In this document: positions 20,007-30,349 of the stretch, piece after piece
How positions within the stretch are numbered: position 1 is the stretch's first letter
How the letters are laid out: the number at the start of each line of letters is the position of its first letter
NCBI GenBank assembly: GCA_003559855.1
Contig: PWJZ01000067.1
Coordinates: 66,195 to 130,194 of the forward strand
Source: Bacteroidales bacterium
GTDB lineage: Bacteria > Bacteroidota > Bacteroidia > Bacteroidales > UBA7960
Reading direction: 5' to 3'
Length of the DNA stretch: 64,000 nucleotides
Notes under the pieces: model-generated
Database searches by the model: none
What the model was told of the DNA's origin: nothing
Seen by the model: only the letters and a program-made list of their open reading frames with translations
Translations under genes and position numbers: made by a program

Positions 20007-21299
20007 ATGTTACCGGAAATAGAGACACAATCGGGGGAAAGGATAAAAAAATTCCAGGAACAGAGACTTCAGGACCATTTGAGTTATCTTAACTCCAGGT
20101 CGAGGTTTTACAAGCGGTTATTTGAAAAGCATAATATTAACACTGACAGTATTCTGAAGCTTGAAGACCTTGAGCATATTCCTGTTACCACCAAGCAGGA
20201 TATACAGTTGTACAACGATGATTTCATTTGTGTGGAAAGAGATAAGATCATTGATTACATAACCACATCGGGCACCTTGGGTGATCCTGTTACGTTTGCT
20301 ATGACCGATAGAGACCTTGACAGGCTTGCTTACAATGAGGCTATTTCTTTTGCATGTGCCGGTTGTACCGATGATGATATTTTCCAGCTTACAACGACCA
20401 TGGATAAGCGTTTTATGGCAGGCCTGGCATATTTTCTCGGGGCACGCAGGCTTGGGGCCGGGATAGTAAGGGTTGGAGCCGGGATACCTCAACTGCAATG
20501 GGATTCGATTAAAAGGATGAACCCGACAGTGCTGATAGCAGTACCTTCTTTTATACTGAAGCTTGTTGAATATGCCGAAGAGAATGGTATTGATCACAGG
20601 CGGTCGTCGGTAAAGAAAGCTGTTTGTATCGGTGAAGCTTTGCGTACGCCTGATTTTACTTTAACAACATTGGGGCGAAGGATAAAAGAGGAGTGGGATA
20701 TTGAGCTTTACTCCACCTATGCATCGACAGAGATGGGCACGGCTTTTACCGAGTGTTTCAGGGGGAGGGGAGGGCATCACCACCCGGAGCTTATTATCGT
20801 GGAGTTGCTTGATGACAATGACAAGGTTGTACCTGAGGGTGAGCCGGGTGAAGTGACGGTTACAACATTAGGTGTGGAAGGAATGCCATTATTACGCTTC
20901 AAGACCGGCGATGTATGCAATGCTTTTTATGAGCCTTGTGAATGCGGAAGAACCACCATGCGCCTTGGCATCGTTATAGGAAGAAAACAACAAATGATAA
21001 AGTTTAAGGGAACATCACTTTATCCCCCCGCCTTGTACGATATTCTTGCCGAAATACCCGGTATTAAAAACTACATTATTGAGGTTTATACGAATGACAT
21101 AGGCACCGACGAGATCCTGCTCAGGGTTGGTTGCGACAACATACCCGAAGATTTTGAGAAGACAATAAAGGATCATTTCCGTGCAAATATCAGAGTGTCG
21201 CCCCGGGTTGTTTTTGATACGGTCGAAAACATCCAGCGCTTATCCTTTCCTGAAGAAAGCCGTAAACCTGTTACTTTTATTGACAGGAGAAAAGGTTGA
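20007..21299 (+). CDS. Phenylacetate-CoA ligase (PaaK-like) aryl-CoA ligase
   Basis: TTSGTLGDP, YASTE, PLLRFKTGD, GRK..MIK.KG motifs; ATG at 20007 just after the C45 stop. Confidence 0.92.
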   Translation: MLPEIETQSGERIKKFQEQRLQDHLSYLNSRSRFYKRLFEKHNINTDSILKLEDLEHIPVTTKQDIQLYNDDFICVERDKIIDYITTSGTLGDPVTFAMTDRDLDRLAYNEAISFACAGCTDDDIFQLTTTMDKRFMAGLAYFLGARRLGAGIVRVGAGIPQLQWDSIKRMNPTVLIAVPSFILKLVEYAEENGIDHRRSSVKKAVCIGEALRTPDFTLTTLGRRIKEEWDIELYSTYASTEMGTAFTECFRGRGGHHHPELIIVELLDDNDKVVPEGEPGEVTVTTLGVEGMPLLRFKTGDVCNAFYEPCECGRTTMRLGIVIGRKQQMIKFKGTSLYPPALYDILAEIPGIKNYIIEVYTNDIGTDEILLRVGCDNIPEDFEKTIKDHFRANIRVSPRVVFDTVENIQRLSFPEESRKPVTFIDRRKG

Positions 21300-21375
21300 G
21301 AATTTGCTTATATGATAAATGGAACAGGATTGCCGTATATAACCGGATTTTGTTATTCCGGCAGTTTTGCAGGTA

Positions 21376-21915
21376 TTATGGTTTTCCGCAATGTATTCTT
21401 ATGTGAGGTTTGGCTTCTTCGTAACCCAGTTCGTAGGCTTTCCGCAAGTCGGTACAGGCGGCCCTCAACTGGCGGTTTTTAATTTTGGCCTGACCCCTGT
21501 TGAAGTATGCTTCGGCATAATTCGGGTTTAATAGTATGGCACGGTTATAATCAGCTATTTCCGAACTTGCCGGATACCTCAGTTTGTATTTGGTGTATGC
21601 ACGCCAAAAAAATACTTCAGGATCGTTGGCAAATTCGCGTATTGAACGATCTAAATCGTTTTTTGCTCCCTCATAATCACCAAGCTGGAATTTGCAAAAA
21701 GCCCTGCCAAAATATGCCCGGTATAAAATATCATAATCAGGCTGCAAACGTATTGCATTTGAAAAATCTTCTATGGCTTCCTCATAATCAGCCTCCTCCA
21801 TTTTCTCCGATGCCATCATTGCAAACTCTTCCGCAGTCTGACAATACAAATTTACTGTCTGAACAAAGAAAAATATTGAACTTATCAGTATTGTTAATTT
21901 TGTTTTGTATTTCAT
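21376..21915 (-). CDS. Secreted tetratricopeptide repeat protein
   Basis: Signal peptide; TPR motifs (AIEDFSNAIRL.P, AYFNRG.AK) and ACTDL.KA.ELG end; TATCTTTG box at 21986-21993 (-). Confidence 0.88.
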   Translation of the reverse strand: MKYKTKLTILISSIFFFVQTVNLYCQTAEEFAMMASEKMEEADYEEAIEDFSNAIRLQPDYDILYRAYFGRAFCKFQLGDYEGAKNDLDRSIREFANDPEVFFWRAYTKYKLRYPASSEIADYNRAILLNPNYAEAYFNRGQAKIKNRQLRAACTDLRKAYELGYEEAKPHIRIHCGKP

Positions 21916-22093
21916 TTTTATTGAATTTGGTTTATTCGCCTTAATTAAGCTGTTATCAAATTAATGATGTTATATTTTCCCAGTGCAAAGATACTTGATT
22001 TTTTTATAGGTGTCAATAATGTATGATATTACGTGATATTACGGTCTTACCGTTAGTGTTTTTTATAATAACAAAAATTTTGCCAAAATAGTA

Positions 22094-24220
22094 TTACAGG
22101 TTTCGTAAATATGCACCCTGATGACGTGTTGACCAGTATCTGATACCTAAAGCATCACATTCTTCAATCCACCGGTTTATTTTCCAGAACGGATTGGAAG
22201 AGTCAAAAATTATTTTTTCAAAATCATAAATATGTTTCAGGTCAGTAATATCAAGCCATGGGTTTTGAGTCACGATAAGGTAATCAAGTTTTATACGTGG
22301 TATGCTGTCATTCCGGTCTGTTTCAATCTGTTCATATCCTGTTATTATTTTGAATCTGGTATCATAAAACATATAATAATCGTTAGTGTTCCAGAAATAT
22401 GGTTCTGAAAAACCGTCGATCTTTTTTCCGATGATTGACCTGTTGGTATTTTTAACACCTTTTTTTATACGGTTTTGTGCGATATTAAAATCGATATTGC
22501 GTTTGCCGTCCGAATGCATGCTCTCGCAAGAGAGAAATATACAATTTTTGCCGGAGATAATGTCGATTGCCGTATTATTGTTTATGCTGTAGACAACAAA
22601 TGAGTTTTGTCGTTGATGGATTATGCTTTTTGTTGAGAAAGATACTGTTATCAGAAGTATTGCCGGCAACACCAATTTAAGGCAGAATTTTGATTTATAT
22701 ATTAAAAATCCTGAAGCAGTTATTATCAGCAAGAAAATGATGAGTGTTTCGCCAAGGTTTATACTGGCATTTTGGATATTTGAGTAAGGTAATCCTTCGA
22801 TTAACCGGACGCTTTTGTGCATAAGAAATACGAAGAAAGAGAGTGCTTTTGCGAAAAAGTCGGCTAAAATGCTTATCGGTGAGACTGCAAGGAATGTCAA
22901 TGCCGTATATATTATTATGCTTGCCAGAGGTATAACAGCCAGGTTTGTGAGGATAAAGTAATTCGGAAACTGGTTAAAATAGAATATTGCAAGTGGTCCT
23001 GTGGCTATTTGTGCTGCTATTGATACTGTTATTATTGCCCATGCTTTATCCAGGATTTTATTTTTTACATATACCGGTTTATACAGGTAAGGTTGAATTG
23101 TTACGATGCTTATAACAGCCAGGTATGAAAGTTGAAAGCCTATTTTTGTCACTATGTAGGGGTCAATTATTGTCAGGATAAAAGCGGAAGCTGCAAGAGT
23201 ATTGTATATGTTGGAATACCTGTTTAGGCTTTTTGCGGCTGCGACAAATGAAAACATTGTGGCAGCCCTGAGAACTGATGGTGAAAAGCCGGTAAGTGTG
23301 GCATAAAACCATATTAATATTATGATAATTATGGTTTTTATAGTTTTTCCGTACTTTATCTTATTAAAAAATGAGAACAGGCTGTTAAGGATAAGGTATA
23401 TAATTCCCACGTGCAGTCCTGATACACACAGGATATGCATAGCGCCTGCTCCGGCGAATTCACGGCGCAGGTCATCGTCAATATATTCGCGGTAGCCCAG
23501 CAGAAGGGCCGAGAGAACGGCAAATTCGCGATCCCTGACATCATGTTCAAGCAGCGTGTTCATAGCATTTTCCCTGAGCCGCAGTGCCGCCGATTTTAAA
23601 ATGTTGCCCCGACCGGAGGCAATTACCTTGTAATGACCACCTGACCTGTAACCCTGGTAATGAATATTGCTGAAAGCAAGAAACCGTTTATAATTGAATT
23701 GATGTGGGTTTTGCGGCGGACTGACGGCGTTGAACCTGTTAGTTGTTATGATTTTATCTCCGTATTTTAAGGCAGATGCAATACTGTCCTTTTCAAGGTA
23801 AAGCATTACCTTGCCCGTAACTTTATTGGCTATGGTGTCGGAGATCATTTTATTTACACGGCATATTGCCCGGTAAGAATTTTCCCTCTCAGAAACCGGC
23901 TCAATAATCTGTAATGTTGTATAACCTTCGTTCTCCAAATAGTGGCTGAAATGATCTGTGCGGTTCAATTCATTGTGATTTACCGTAATTATATTTCCCG
24001 CTGAAAAGAAAAAAATGAAGATCAGAATACCAAACACCCAGCGTTTTTCATAGTTTGTTTTGCAAGTCTTTTTTATGAAGAGCAGTAAAATAACAAGTAT
24101 AAAGGTTGCTGAAAGGAATAGCCCGTTAGTCATGTTAATATTGAAAGAAGTTGAGGATATTATGCCTGCCAGAAAGGGCATAAAAATCCTGACCAACGGT
24201 ATTTGCGATATGTCGGGCAT
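22094..24220 (-). CDS. comEC: ComEC/Rec2 competence protein
   Basis: HILCVSGLHVG, SPSVLRA, GFQLSY motifs; N-terminal DUF4131-like region with P.NP.QFNY. Confidence 0.93.
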   Translation of the reverse strand: MPDISQIPLVRIFMPFLAGIISSTSFNINMTNGLFLSATFILVILLLFIKKTCKTNYEKRWVFGILIFIFFFSAGNIITVNHNELNRTDHFSHYLENEGYTTLQIIEPVSERENSYRAICRVNKMISDTIANKVTGKVMLYLEKDSIASALKYGDKIITTNRFNAVSPPQNPHQFNYKRFLAFSNIHYQGYRSGGHYKVIASGRGNILKSAALRLRENAMNTLLEHDVRDREFAVLSALLLGYREYIDDDLRREFAGAGAMHILCVSGLHVGIIYLILNSLFSFFNKIKYGKTIKTIIIIILIWFYATLTGFSPSVLRAATMFSFVAAAKSLNRYSNIYNTLAASAFILTIIDPYIVTKIGFQLSYLAVISIVTIQPYLYKPVYVKNKILDKAWAIITVSIAAQIATGPLAIFYFNQFPNYFILTNLAVIPLASIIIYTALTFLAVSPISILADFFAKALSFFVFLMHKSVRLIEGLPYSNIQNASINLGETLIIFLLIITASGFLIYKSKFCLKLVLPAILLITVSFSTKSIIHQRQNSFVVYSINNNTAIDIISGKNCIFLSCESMHSDGKRNIDFNIAQNRIKKGVKNTNRSIIGKKIDGFSEPYFWNTNDYYMFYDTRFKIITGYEQIETDRNDSIPRIKLDYLIVTQNPWLDITDLKHIYDFEKIIFDSSNPFWKINRWIEECDALGIRYWSTRHQGAYLRNL

Positions 24221-24380
24221 GATTTGGTTATCGGTTTTAGGTCAAAAGCGAAAGCTAATATAGCATACTTTTGTTAAAAAAATCAAAAAAAGTATAATTT
24301 TATGACCTTATTATGGAAAAGCTTGTAAAAAGATATTAACATACTAACTGTTAAATGCGGTTTGATCTTTTCACTTTTTA

Positions 24381-25526
24381 TTATTCATAAATTTTCAGGA
24401 AGGCATTTTTATAATAAAACCTGATGATCGAATCTCTGCTTAATCCTTTTTCAGCCATTCTCATTGCACCTTCCTGGCAAAGACCGACGCCATGACCGTA
24501 TCCTTTGCCTGTTATAAGCAGGTTGTCGTCGGTGGGGATTATGTCGAAGAATGTTGAGCGCAATTCGAAGTCGTTTCTGAACCTGGCAAGATGTATTGTT
24601 TTATACGGGTCGAGGTAATATTTTCGTTGTTTTTGGGTGAAATTGTATATATTTTCGGCAATGCTGTCGTTAAGTTTATTTCCAAGGTTGTTTTGCAGGT
24701 ATTGGTACAATAGTTTTTTTGGTATTGTTTTTTCCCACAGGGCGCCGGGTTTTTTACTGCAGAAAGTATCTGCTACGGCTTTCAGGTGGGGTGATTCATT
24801 TGACCAGACATTTTCCGAATTTAGTGTCATTCCGCCGCAATTGGCATGAAAAACTGCATTGATTGGTTGTCCGTGGTAATCGGTTATTATATCGCTTCGG
24901 GTATAATCAGTTGCAAAAACTATATCGGGATAAATTGATTTGCCGTAATATGCCTGGCAATGGACTTCATCGCACAGGTTAAATCCTTCGTGAATATGGC
25001 GATAAAGGTTTTTTACAGCATAGGTGCGGCTGATGGTTGCCTGCAGATTGTAATATTCGGGATGCTTGCCAAAACCTGATTCGGACTCTACAACTCCGGC
25101 AATATAATTTTCGAACGGTACATGGTTTATTATTGTAAGACTTGTGAAGTTGTTGTTTATTATCAGGTCGTCATCGTATATACGATAATAGATGTTTTTG
25201 TTTGAGGGGTTTATCAGAAAAGTGTTTTTGAATGATTGCCCGGCAAAGGTAATGTTATTATTTACAAAGAGAGTATCTTTTTTGAAGGAGAGCCTGATTT
25301 TGTTATTTTTTAGTTCAACCGTCAGATGGTCATATGGTTTCATTTTTCTGAGCGTATTTCCCTTGTTGTCGATGATATAGTAATTGCCTTCGAGGGCTGA
25401 AAATGAGAAGCCTTTGATTTGATATTCGCTGAAAAGCCCTATACGTATTGTTTCAGGACAGGGGTTATTTGATGATTTTACGGATAATAGGATGCAAATT
25501 ATGGCGGCAACAATAATTTTGGTCAT
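24381..25526 (-). CDS. SpoIID/LytB domain lytic transglycosylase
   Basis: YIAGVVESE, QA..SRTYA, CD.VHCQAY, FHANCGG, G.GYGHGVGLCQ.GA motifs. Confidence 0.92.
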   Translation of the reverse strand: MTKIIVAAIICILLSVKSSNNPCPETIRIGLFSEYQIKGFSFSALEGNYYIIDNKGNTLRKMKPYDHLTVELKNNKIRLSFKKDTLFVNNNITFAGQSFKNTFLINPSNKNIYYRIYDDDLIINNNFTSLTIINHVPFENYIAGVVESESGFGKHPEYYNLQATISRTYAVKNLYRHIHEGFNLCDEVHCQAYYGKSIYPDIVFATDYTRSDIITDYHGQPINAVFHANCGGMTLNSENVWSNESPHLKAVADTFCSKKPGALWEKTIPKKLLYQYLQNNLGNKLNDSIAENIYNFTQKQRKYYLDPYKTIHLARFRNDFELRSTFFDIIPTDDNLLITGKGYGHGVGLCQEGAMRMAEKGLSRDSIIRFYYKNAFLKIYE

Positions 25527-26647
25527 TCTTCCACAAGATATTTATATATGAACTTTGAGGCTTTTTTTGATGCTCCGGGTCCGCCAAGCTTATTCTGCAT
25601 TTCGGCATATCCTTTGAGCATAGTATTTCGGTATTGTTCATCATTCAGTAATTTGTCAAGCTCTTTTTTCAGGATCTGGGAATTGAAATCCTTTTGGATG
25701 AGTTCTTTGACGACGATCTTGTCCATAACAAGGTTAACCAGCGATATATATTTTACCTTTATCAGTTTTCTGGCTATCTGGTATGATATTTTTCCTGCTT
25801 TATAACATACAACCTGTGGAGTTTTAAACAAGGCGGCTTCGAGGGTGGCGGTTCCGCTTGCCACAATGGCTGCCGATGCACTTTGTAAAATCTGGTAGGT
25901 TTGATCAAATACTATGGCAACATTTGATTTTTTTAAAAATCGTTCGTAAAAAGCAGATGAATGTGATGAAATGCCTGCTATTACAAACTGATAGTCGGGG
26001 AAGAATTTGACGATTTTCGCCATGATTTTGAGCATCTTGGATATCTCTTGTTTTCTGCTGCCGGGCAAGATGGCAATAACCGGCTTGTCAGGCAAGTTGT
26101 TATCCGATAAAAAGTTTTGAGTTGACACAAATTTTTTTTTCTCGCTTTCAATGGCGTCTATCAGGGGATGACCTGTAAATTTCACTTCGTAGTTGAATTT
26201 TTTATAGAAAGCTTTTTCAAAAGGTAGGATAACCAGCATTTTATCTCCCCGCCGTTTGATCTTTTTTATCCGCGATTGTTTCCATGCCCATATTTGCGGT
26301 GAGATATAATATATAACTTTTATGTTGTTTTTTTTGACATACCCGGCAATTCGCAGGTTAAAACCGGGGTAGTCGATAAGTATCACTGCATCGGGTTTCC
26401 ATTTCAAGATGTCGGCTTTGCAAAAACTGATATGTTTCAGAATAGTATGTATATTTATCAACACTTCCCAGAAACCCATATAGGAAAGGTCATTATAATG
26501 CTTGATCAAACTGCCTCCCTGTGCTTTCATCCTGTCGCCACCCCAGCACCTGAAGACAGCCTCACTGTCAAGTTGCTTCAAATGCTTCATAAGGTTTGCT
26601 CCATGAAGATCACCTGATGCTTCCCCGGCTATAATATAATACTTCAT
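25523..26647 (-). CDS. lpxB: Lipid-A-disaccharide synthase
   Basis: IAGEASGDLHG, IDYPGFN, SPQIWAW, LPGSR.QE, SGTATLE. Confidence 0.97.
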   Translation of the reverse strand: MKYYIIAGEASGDLHGANLMKHLKQLDSEAVFRCWGGDRMKAQGGSLIKHYNDLSYMGFWEVLINIHTILKHISFCKADILKWKPDAVILIDYPGFNLRIAGYVKKNNIKVIYYISPQIWAWKQSRIKKIKRRGDKMLVILPFEKAFYKKFNYEVKFTGHPLIDAIESEKKKFVSTQNFLSDNNLPDKPVIAILPGSRKQEISKMLKIMAKIVKFFPDYQFVIAGISSHSSAFYERFLKKSNVAIVFDQTYQILQSASAAIVASGTATLEAALFKTPQVVCYKAGKISYQIARKLIKVKYISLVNLVMDKIVVKELIQKDFNSQILKKELDKLLNDEQYRNTMLKGYAEMQNKLGGPGASKKASKFIYKYLVEE

Positions 26648-26736
26648 ATGTTTCTGTTTGATGGTTTTTTAAGCCGATATATAACTATTCTGAATTATTC
26701 ATAAAATTTCAAAACTAATTTTAATTTTAAAATCGC

Positions 26737-26830
26737 AAATCTCTGCCGGGCAGAACGAGATAACGAACACAAATAATATCAAACACTATGTGATCACATC
26801 CCAAATTCAAAAGGTTGCTTTTAAATTACA
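26737..26830 (+). repeat. Dispersed repeat family B, copy 1
   Basis: Similar to the reverse complement of 61132-61222 (AAATC.CTGC.G.GC.GA.CG.GA.AACGAACACAA...AAACACT.TGTGA). Confidence 0.7.
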
Positions 26831-26980
26831 AATTTATTAATGTATCGGAATACGTATATTTTATACCGATTACCGATTACCTGCCACCACTCGTTACCCG
26901 TCACCCGGCATTCTCAACTATAGTTTACGGGTTAATCAGATTATATTTTTGAGCTGTGTAAAAATACCATTTTTACTTAT

Positions 26981-27262
26981 TTATGATTGAATCTTAATGA
27001 AAAAAAATATTATTGCATAAATGATAGTTACCATCAATATTCCCCTTCCTGTTTTGTCGTATTTCAAATTTACCATATAATACCGGAAAGGGATCATGTT
27101 GAAAAATATGGCTATCAGGGGTATATTTTTCGGTTTCAGGAATACTTTTTTCGGGTAATGTATATCCAGTATACTGGTGATAAGGAATAGTACTGCGAAT
27201 ATTATTGCAGGCACCAATATACCTATAATTATGCCCAGAAACCAATTATCTTTTTTAAGCAT
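26981..27262 (-). CDS. Small membrane hypothetical protein between surE and lpxB
   Basis: 93 aa, three hydrophobic segments; start overlaps the surE stop. Confidence 0.8.
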   Translation of the reverse strand: MLKKDNWFLGIIIGILVPAIIFAVLFLITSILDIHYPKKVFLKPKNIPLIAIFFNMIPFRYYMVNLKYDKTGRGILMVTIIYAIIFFFIKIQS

Positions 27263-28025
27263 TAAAGTTCCAGCTTTTTATTTCGGGTATGACTTTGTGT
27301 GCCGTAAAGTCAAATTGAACGGGAACGACCGAGATATAATTTTTACTCAAAGCCCACTCGTCAGTTTCGTTGTTGTTTTCGTGCAGTTTAAATTCACCTG
27401 TCAGCCAGTAATAATCTTTGCCACTTGGGTCTTGCCGATGGTCAAAATTTTCTTCCCAGTTTGCCCGTGCCTGCCGGCATACTTTAACACCTTTCAGCTC
27501 ATTTTCTTTGACTGCCGGTATGTTTACGTTTAGGCAGGTTCCTTTTGGAAGGCCGTGTTTTAAAACATTTTTGGCAATTGATATGACATATTTTTTTGCA
27601 GAAACAAAGTCGGCATCAAAGCTGAAGTCGAGCAGTGAAAAACCTATTGACGGAATGTTTTCCATTGCTCCTTCTATTGCTGCCGACATGGTTCCTGAAT
27701 ATATCACATTGATAGATGAATTTGATCCGTGATTGATTCCTGATACTATCAAGTCGGGTTTTCTTTTCAATATTTTATTGACGGCTATTTTAACACAGTC
27801 TACCGGTGTTCCGCTACAACTATATTCAAGGGGCGGATAATCTTTTAAGATTCGTTCGAGTCGCAGTGGGTTGCTTGTTGTTACGGCATGTCCGGTGCCG
27901 CTTTGCGGCTTATCGGGCGCCACCACTACAACTTCACCAAGCGGCATCATGAAATGAATCAGATTGCGGATACCGGGAGCCATAATACCATCATCATTGG
28001 TAACCAATATTACCGGTTTTGTCAT
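27255..28025 (-). CDS. surE: 5'/3'-nucleotidase SurE
   Basis: ILVTNDDG, QSG.G, GTPVDCV, SGIN.G.N, YSGT..AA.EG. Confidence 0.97.
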   Translation of the reverse strand: MTKPVILVTNDDGIMAPGIRNLIHFMMPLGEVVVVAPDKPQSGTGHAVTTSNPLRLERILKDYPPLEYSCSGTPVDCVKIAVNKILKRKPDLIVSGINHGSNSSINVIYSGTMSAAIEGAMENIPSIGFSLLDFSFDADFVSAKKYVISIAKNVLKHGLPKGTCLNVNIPAVKENELKGVKVCRQARANWEENFDHRQDPSGKDYYWLTGEFKLHENNNETDEWALSKNYISVVPVQFDFTAHKVIPEIKSWNFNA

Positions 28026-28059
28026 ATTTCTTATCTTAACTTTAATATATATACTTAAC

Positions 28060-30123
28060 TTAAACGTTTTTTTTCAAATTCATTCTGGCGTCTACGGCTA
28101 TAACCTTTTCCGGATTTCCAAGCAAGGGGTTCAGATCAAGCTCATATATTTCGGGTGCTGCTTCAACGAGTGCTGACAACCTTACCAATACATCTGCGAA
28201 GAGCTTTACGTTAACACCCTCCTGCCCCCTCGTACCTTTTATTATTCCATAGCTTTTCAGGTTTTGTATCATTTTTGTTGCGATATTTTCATTTACCGGG
28301 GCAAGCCACATGCTGACATCTTTCAGTACTTCTATGAAAATACCACCCATGCCGCAAAGTATCATATGACCGAAATTTTCTTCATATTTAGCACCTGCAA
28401 AAACTTCCATACCTGACAGCATCGGTTGCATCAAAACGGCAGTTGTATCTTTGATATCCATCAATTTTTCAAACTCTTTTTTTACCGATTCAATATTTTT
28501 GACGTTCAGTATTACTCCTCCCACATCAGATTTATGAACCGGTCCTATTACCTTCATTGCAACGGGCAGGCCTGATTTTTCGGCAGCTTCAACGGCTTCT
28601 TCAACGGTTTTTGCTATTGCCTCTTCTGCCCTGGGGATTTGTGCAGCATCAAGCAGCTGTAGCACTTTTTGCTGTTCCAGGTATCCATCAGGTGAGTTAT
28701 CAACGATTTCCCTGATTTTTGAACTGTTTATTTGGGGTCTTTCAAAAACTTCTTCATCAGGTGGAGGTGTTTTGTATACTTTACATAAAGCTTTTCCAAG
28801 GGCAACTTCGTCGGGGAAATTAATGTTACCTTTTGAGATGAAGTCGTCAACTTCTTCTTTGGCGGTCAGCACTGAAGGCAGAACTGCAAACAGGGGTTTT
28901 TTGCTTTCCTTGATCTTTTTGTCAAGCAGATCATAAACATTGAATACGGGGAACAGACCCGGGGTTCCGAATATAACTATCATTGCATCGATATTTTTGA
29001 ATTTTTCATTGACGTAATCTATAATTATTCCAAGCTGTTCGGCTGTTCCTGTTGCCAGAAAATCTATCGGGTTGCTGACGGATGATCCGGGAAAGAGATG
29101 TGTTAACAATTCCTGGCTTTCGGGAGTGTCAATATATGGTACTTCCATGCCTTCTTTTTCCAGTTGATCTGTCAGCATGACTGCCGGGCCGCCGGCATGT
29201 GTTATGACAGCAATTTTGTTTCCTTTCGTTTGCGGGTGCATAAAGACAGATGCAACATTAATAAGCTCTTCACGTCCGTGACATCTTACAATACCGGCTT
29301 TTTTAAAAAGTGCATCGACAGCGTCATCAGAGGTGGCGAGTGCTCCTGTATGGGATGATGCGGCACGGCTGCCTGCTTCCGATGAACCCGCCTTCACGGC
29401 GGCTACCTTACACCCCTTGCGGATCAATGACGATGCATGCTTTAACAACATTCGGGGCTTTGAAATGTTCTCAATGTATAAGAGCTTGACTTTTGAGCTT
29501 TTCTCGTTGTCAAAAGTTTCATCAAGGTATTTAAGGACCTCTTCCACACCGACCTGTGCACTGTTGCCAACAGAAAAAACATTGGCAAAAGTCAGACCGT
29601 TGGGAATTCCTGCTTCCATAATAAAGCAGGCAGTTGCCCCTGATCCCGAAATAAAATCACATCCCTGTGAAGTCAGTTTTGGAATGGGATATGTAAATAC
29701 ACTGCTGTGTTGGGGTGTCAGCACACCTATACAATTAGGCCCTATAAGGGTTCCGTTAACACTGTTGACAATTTCAACAAGTTCTTTTTCCAGCTTTTTG
29801 CCCTCTTCACTTTCTTCACTGAAACCTGCAGAAAATATTATGAAAGCCCGTGTGTTTTTCTGACGGGCAAGAAAATCCACAACATCTGTAACAAAACGTG
29901 CAGCAATGGCTATTACTGCCAGATCTGCCTCAGGCAGTTCCGACACATCCTTATAACTTTTCAAACCTTGCACCTCATCTTCCTTTATGTTGGTTACATA
30001 AATATCGCCGGAAAAGTTACCGTCAATAATATTTTTCAAAACCTTACCGCCGGGTTTGGTGATGTCATTTGAACCCCCTACTACTACTATGCTTCCGGGG
30101 TTTATCAATTGCTCGGTGATCAT
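28060..30123 (-). CDS. ADP-forming acetate/acyl-CoA ligase, fused alpha-beta
   Basis: CoA-binding N-terminus, GPNCIG, phospho-His SHTGALA, NPIDF, ATP-grasp HKSDVGGV and ELDLNPL. Confidence 0.9.
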   Translation of the reverse strand: MITEQLINPGSIVVVGGSNDITKPGGKVLKNIIDGNFSGDIYVTNIKEDEVQGLKSYKDVSELPEADLAVIAIAARFVTDVVDFLARQKNTRAFIIFSAGFSEESEEGKKLEKELVEIVNSVNGTLIGPNCIGVLTPQHSSVFTYPIPKLTSQGCDFISGSGATACFIMEAGIPNGLTFANVFSVGNSAQVGVEEVLKYLDETFDNEKSSKVKLLYIENISKPRMLLKHASSLIRKGCKVAAVKAGSSEAGSRAASSHTGALATSDDAVDALFKKAGIVRCHGREELINVASVFMHPQTKGNKIAVITHAGGPAVMLTDQLEKEGMEVPYIDTPESQELLTHLFPGSSVSNPIDFLATGTAEQLGIIIDYVNEKFKNIDAMIVIFGTPGLFPVFNVYDLLDKKIKESKKPLFAVLPSVLTAKEEVDDFISKGNINFPDEVALGKALCKVYKTPPPDEEVFERPQINSSKIREIVDNSPDGYLEQQKVLQLLDAAQIPRAEEAIAKTVEEAVEAAEKSGLPVAMKVIGPVHKSDVGGVILNVKNIESVKKEFEKLMDIKDTTAVLMQPMLSGMEVFAGAKYEENFGHMILCGMGGIFIEVLKDVSMWLAPVNENIATKMIQNLKSYGIIKGTRGQEGVNVKLFADVLVRLSALVEAAPEIYELDLNPLLGNPEKVIAVDARMNLKKNV

Positions 30124-30349
30124 ATAATTATAATTTTTTATTGTTCGGTTTTGCTAAAGTATAAAATATCTGCCTTTTTCAGCTATAAAATGTACAAAAT
30201 TATTGTTCATGGAAACAACGGTTTTTTAGTCAAATAAAAAATCATAACATATGTTGTATCTGAAAAAAAATTATTTAAGTAGTAGTGTTGAGTAAATTGT
30301 ATTACTTATTTGTTATTTTTGGAAAATTTTTAAAGGATTTTATAAAATA

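Larger units (their letters stand above)
1..21299 (+). other. Flexirubin/aryl-polyene (APE-DAR type) biosynthetic gene cluster, downstream part (continues left of the window)
   Basis: Co-oriented ABC pair, thioesterase, KS, KS-like, ACP, KS, KS-like, deacetylase, LolA, lipoprotein, dehydratase, GT2, MMPL fusion, FAD oxidoreductase, C45, aryl-CoA ligase; content and order match Bacteroidota flexirubin loci as I recall them. Confidence 0.88.

Noticed and set aside
24381-25526. Sporulation inferred from SpoIID (and from CotH at 55-58 kb)
   Set aside because: Both families are widespread in non-sporulating diderm bacteria, and lpxB and T9SS domains show a Gram-negative host.
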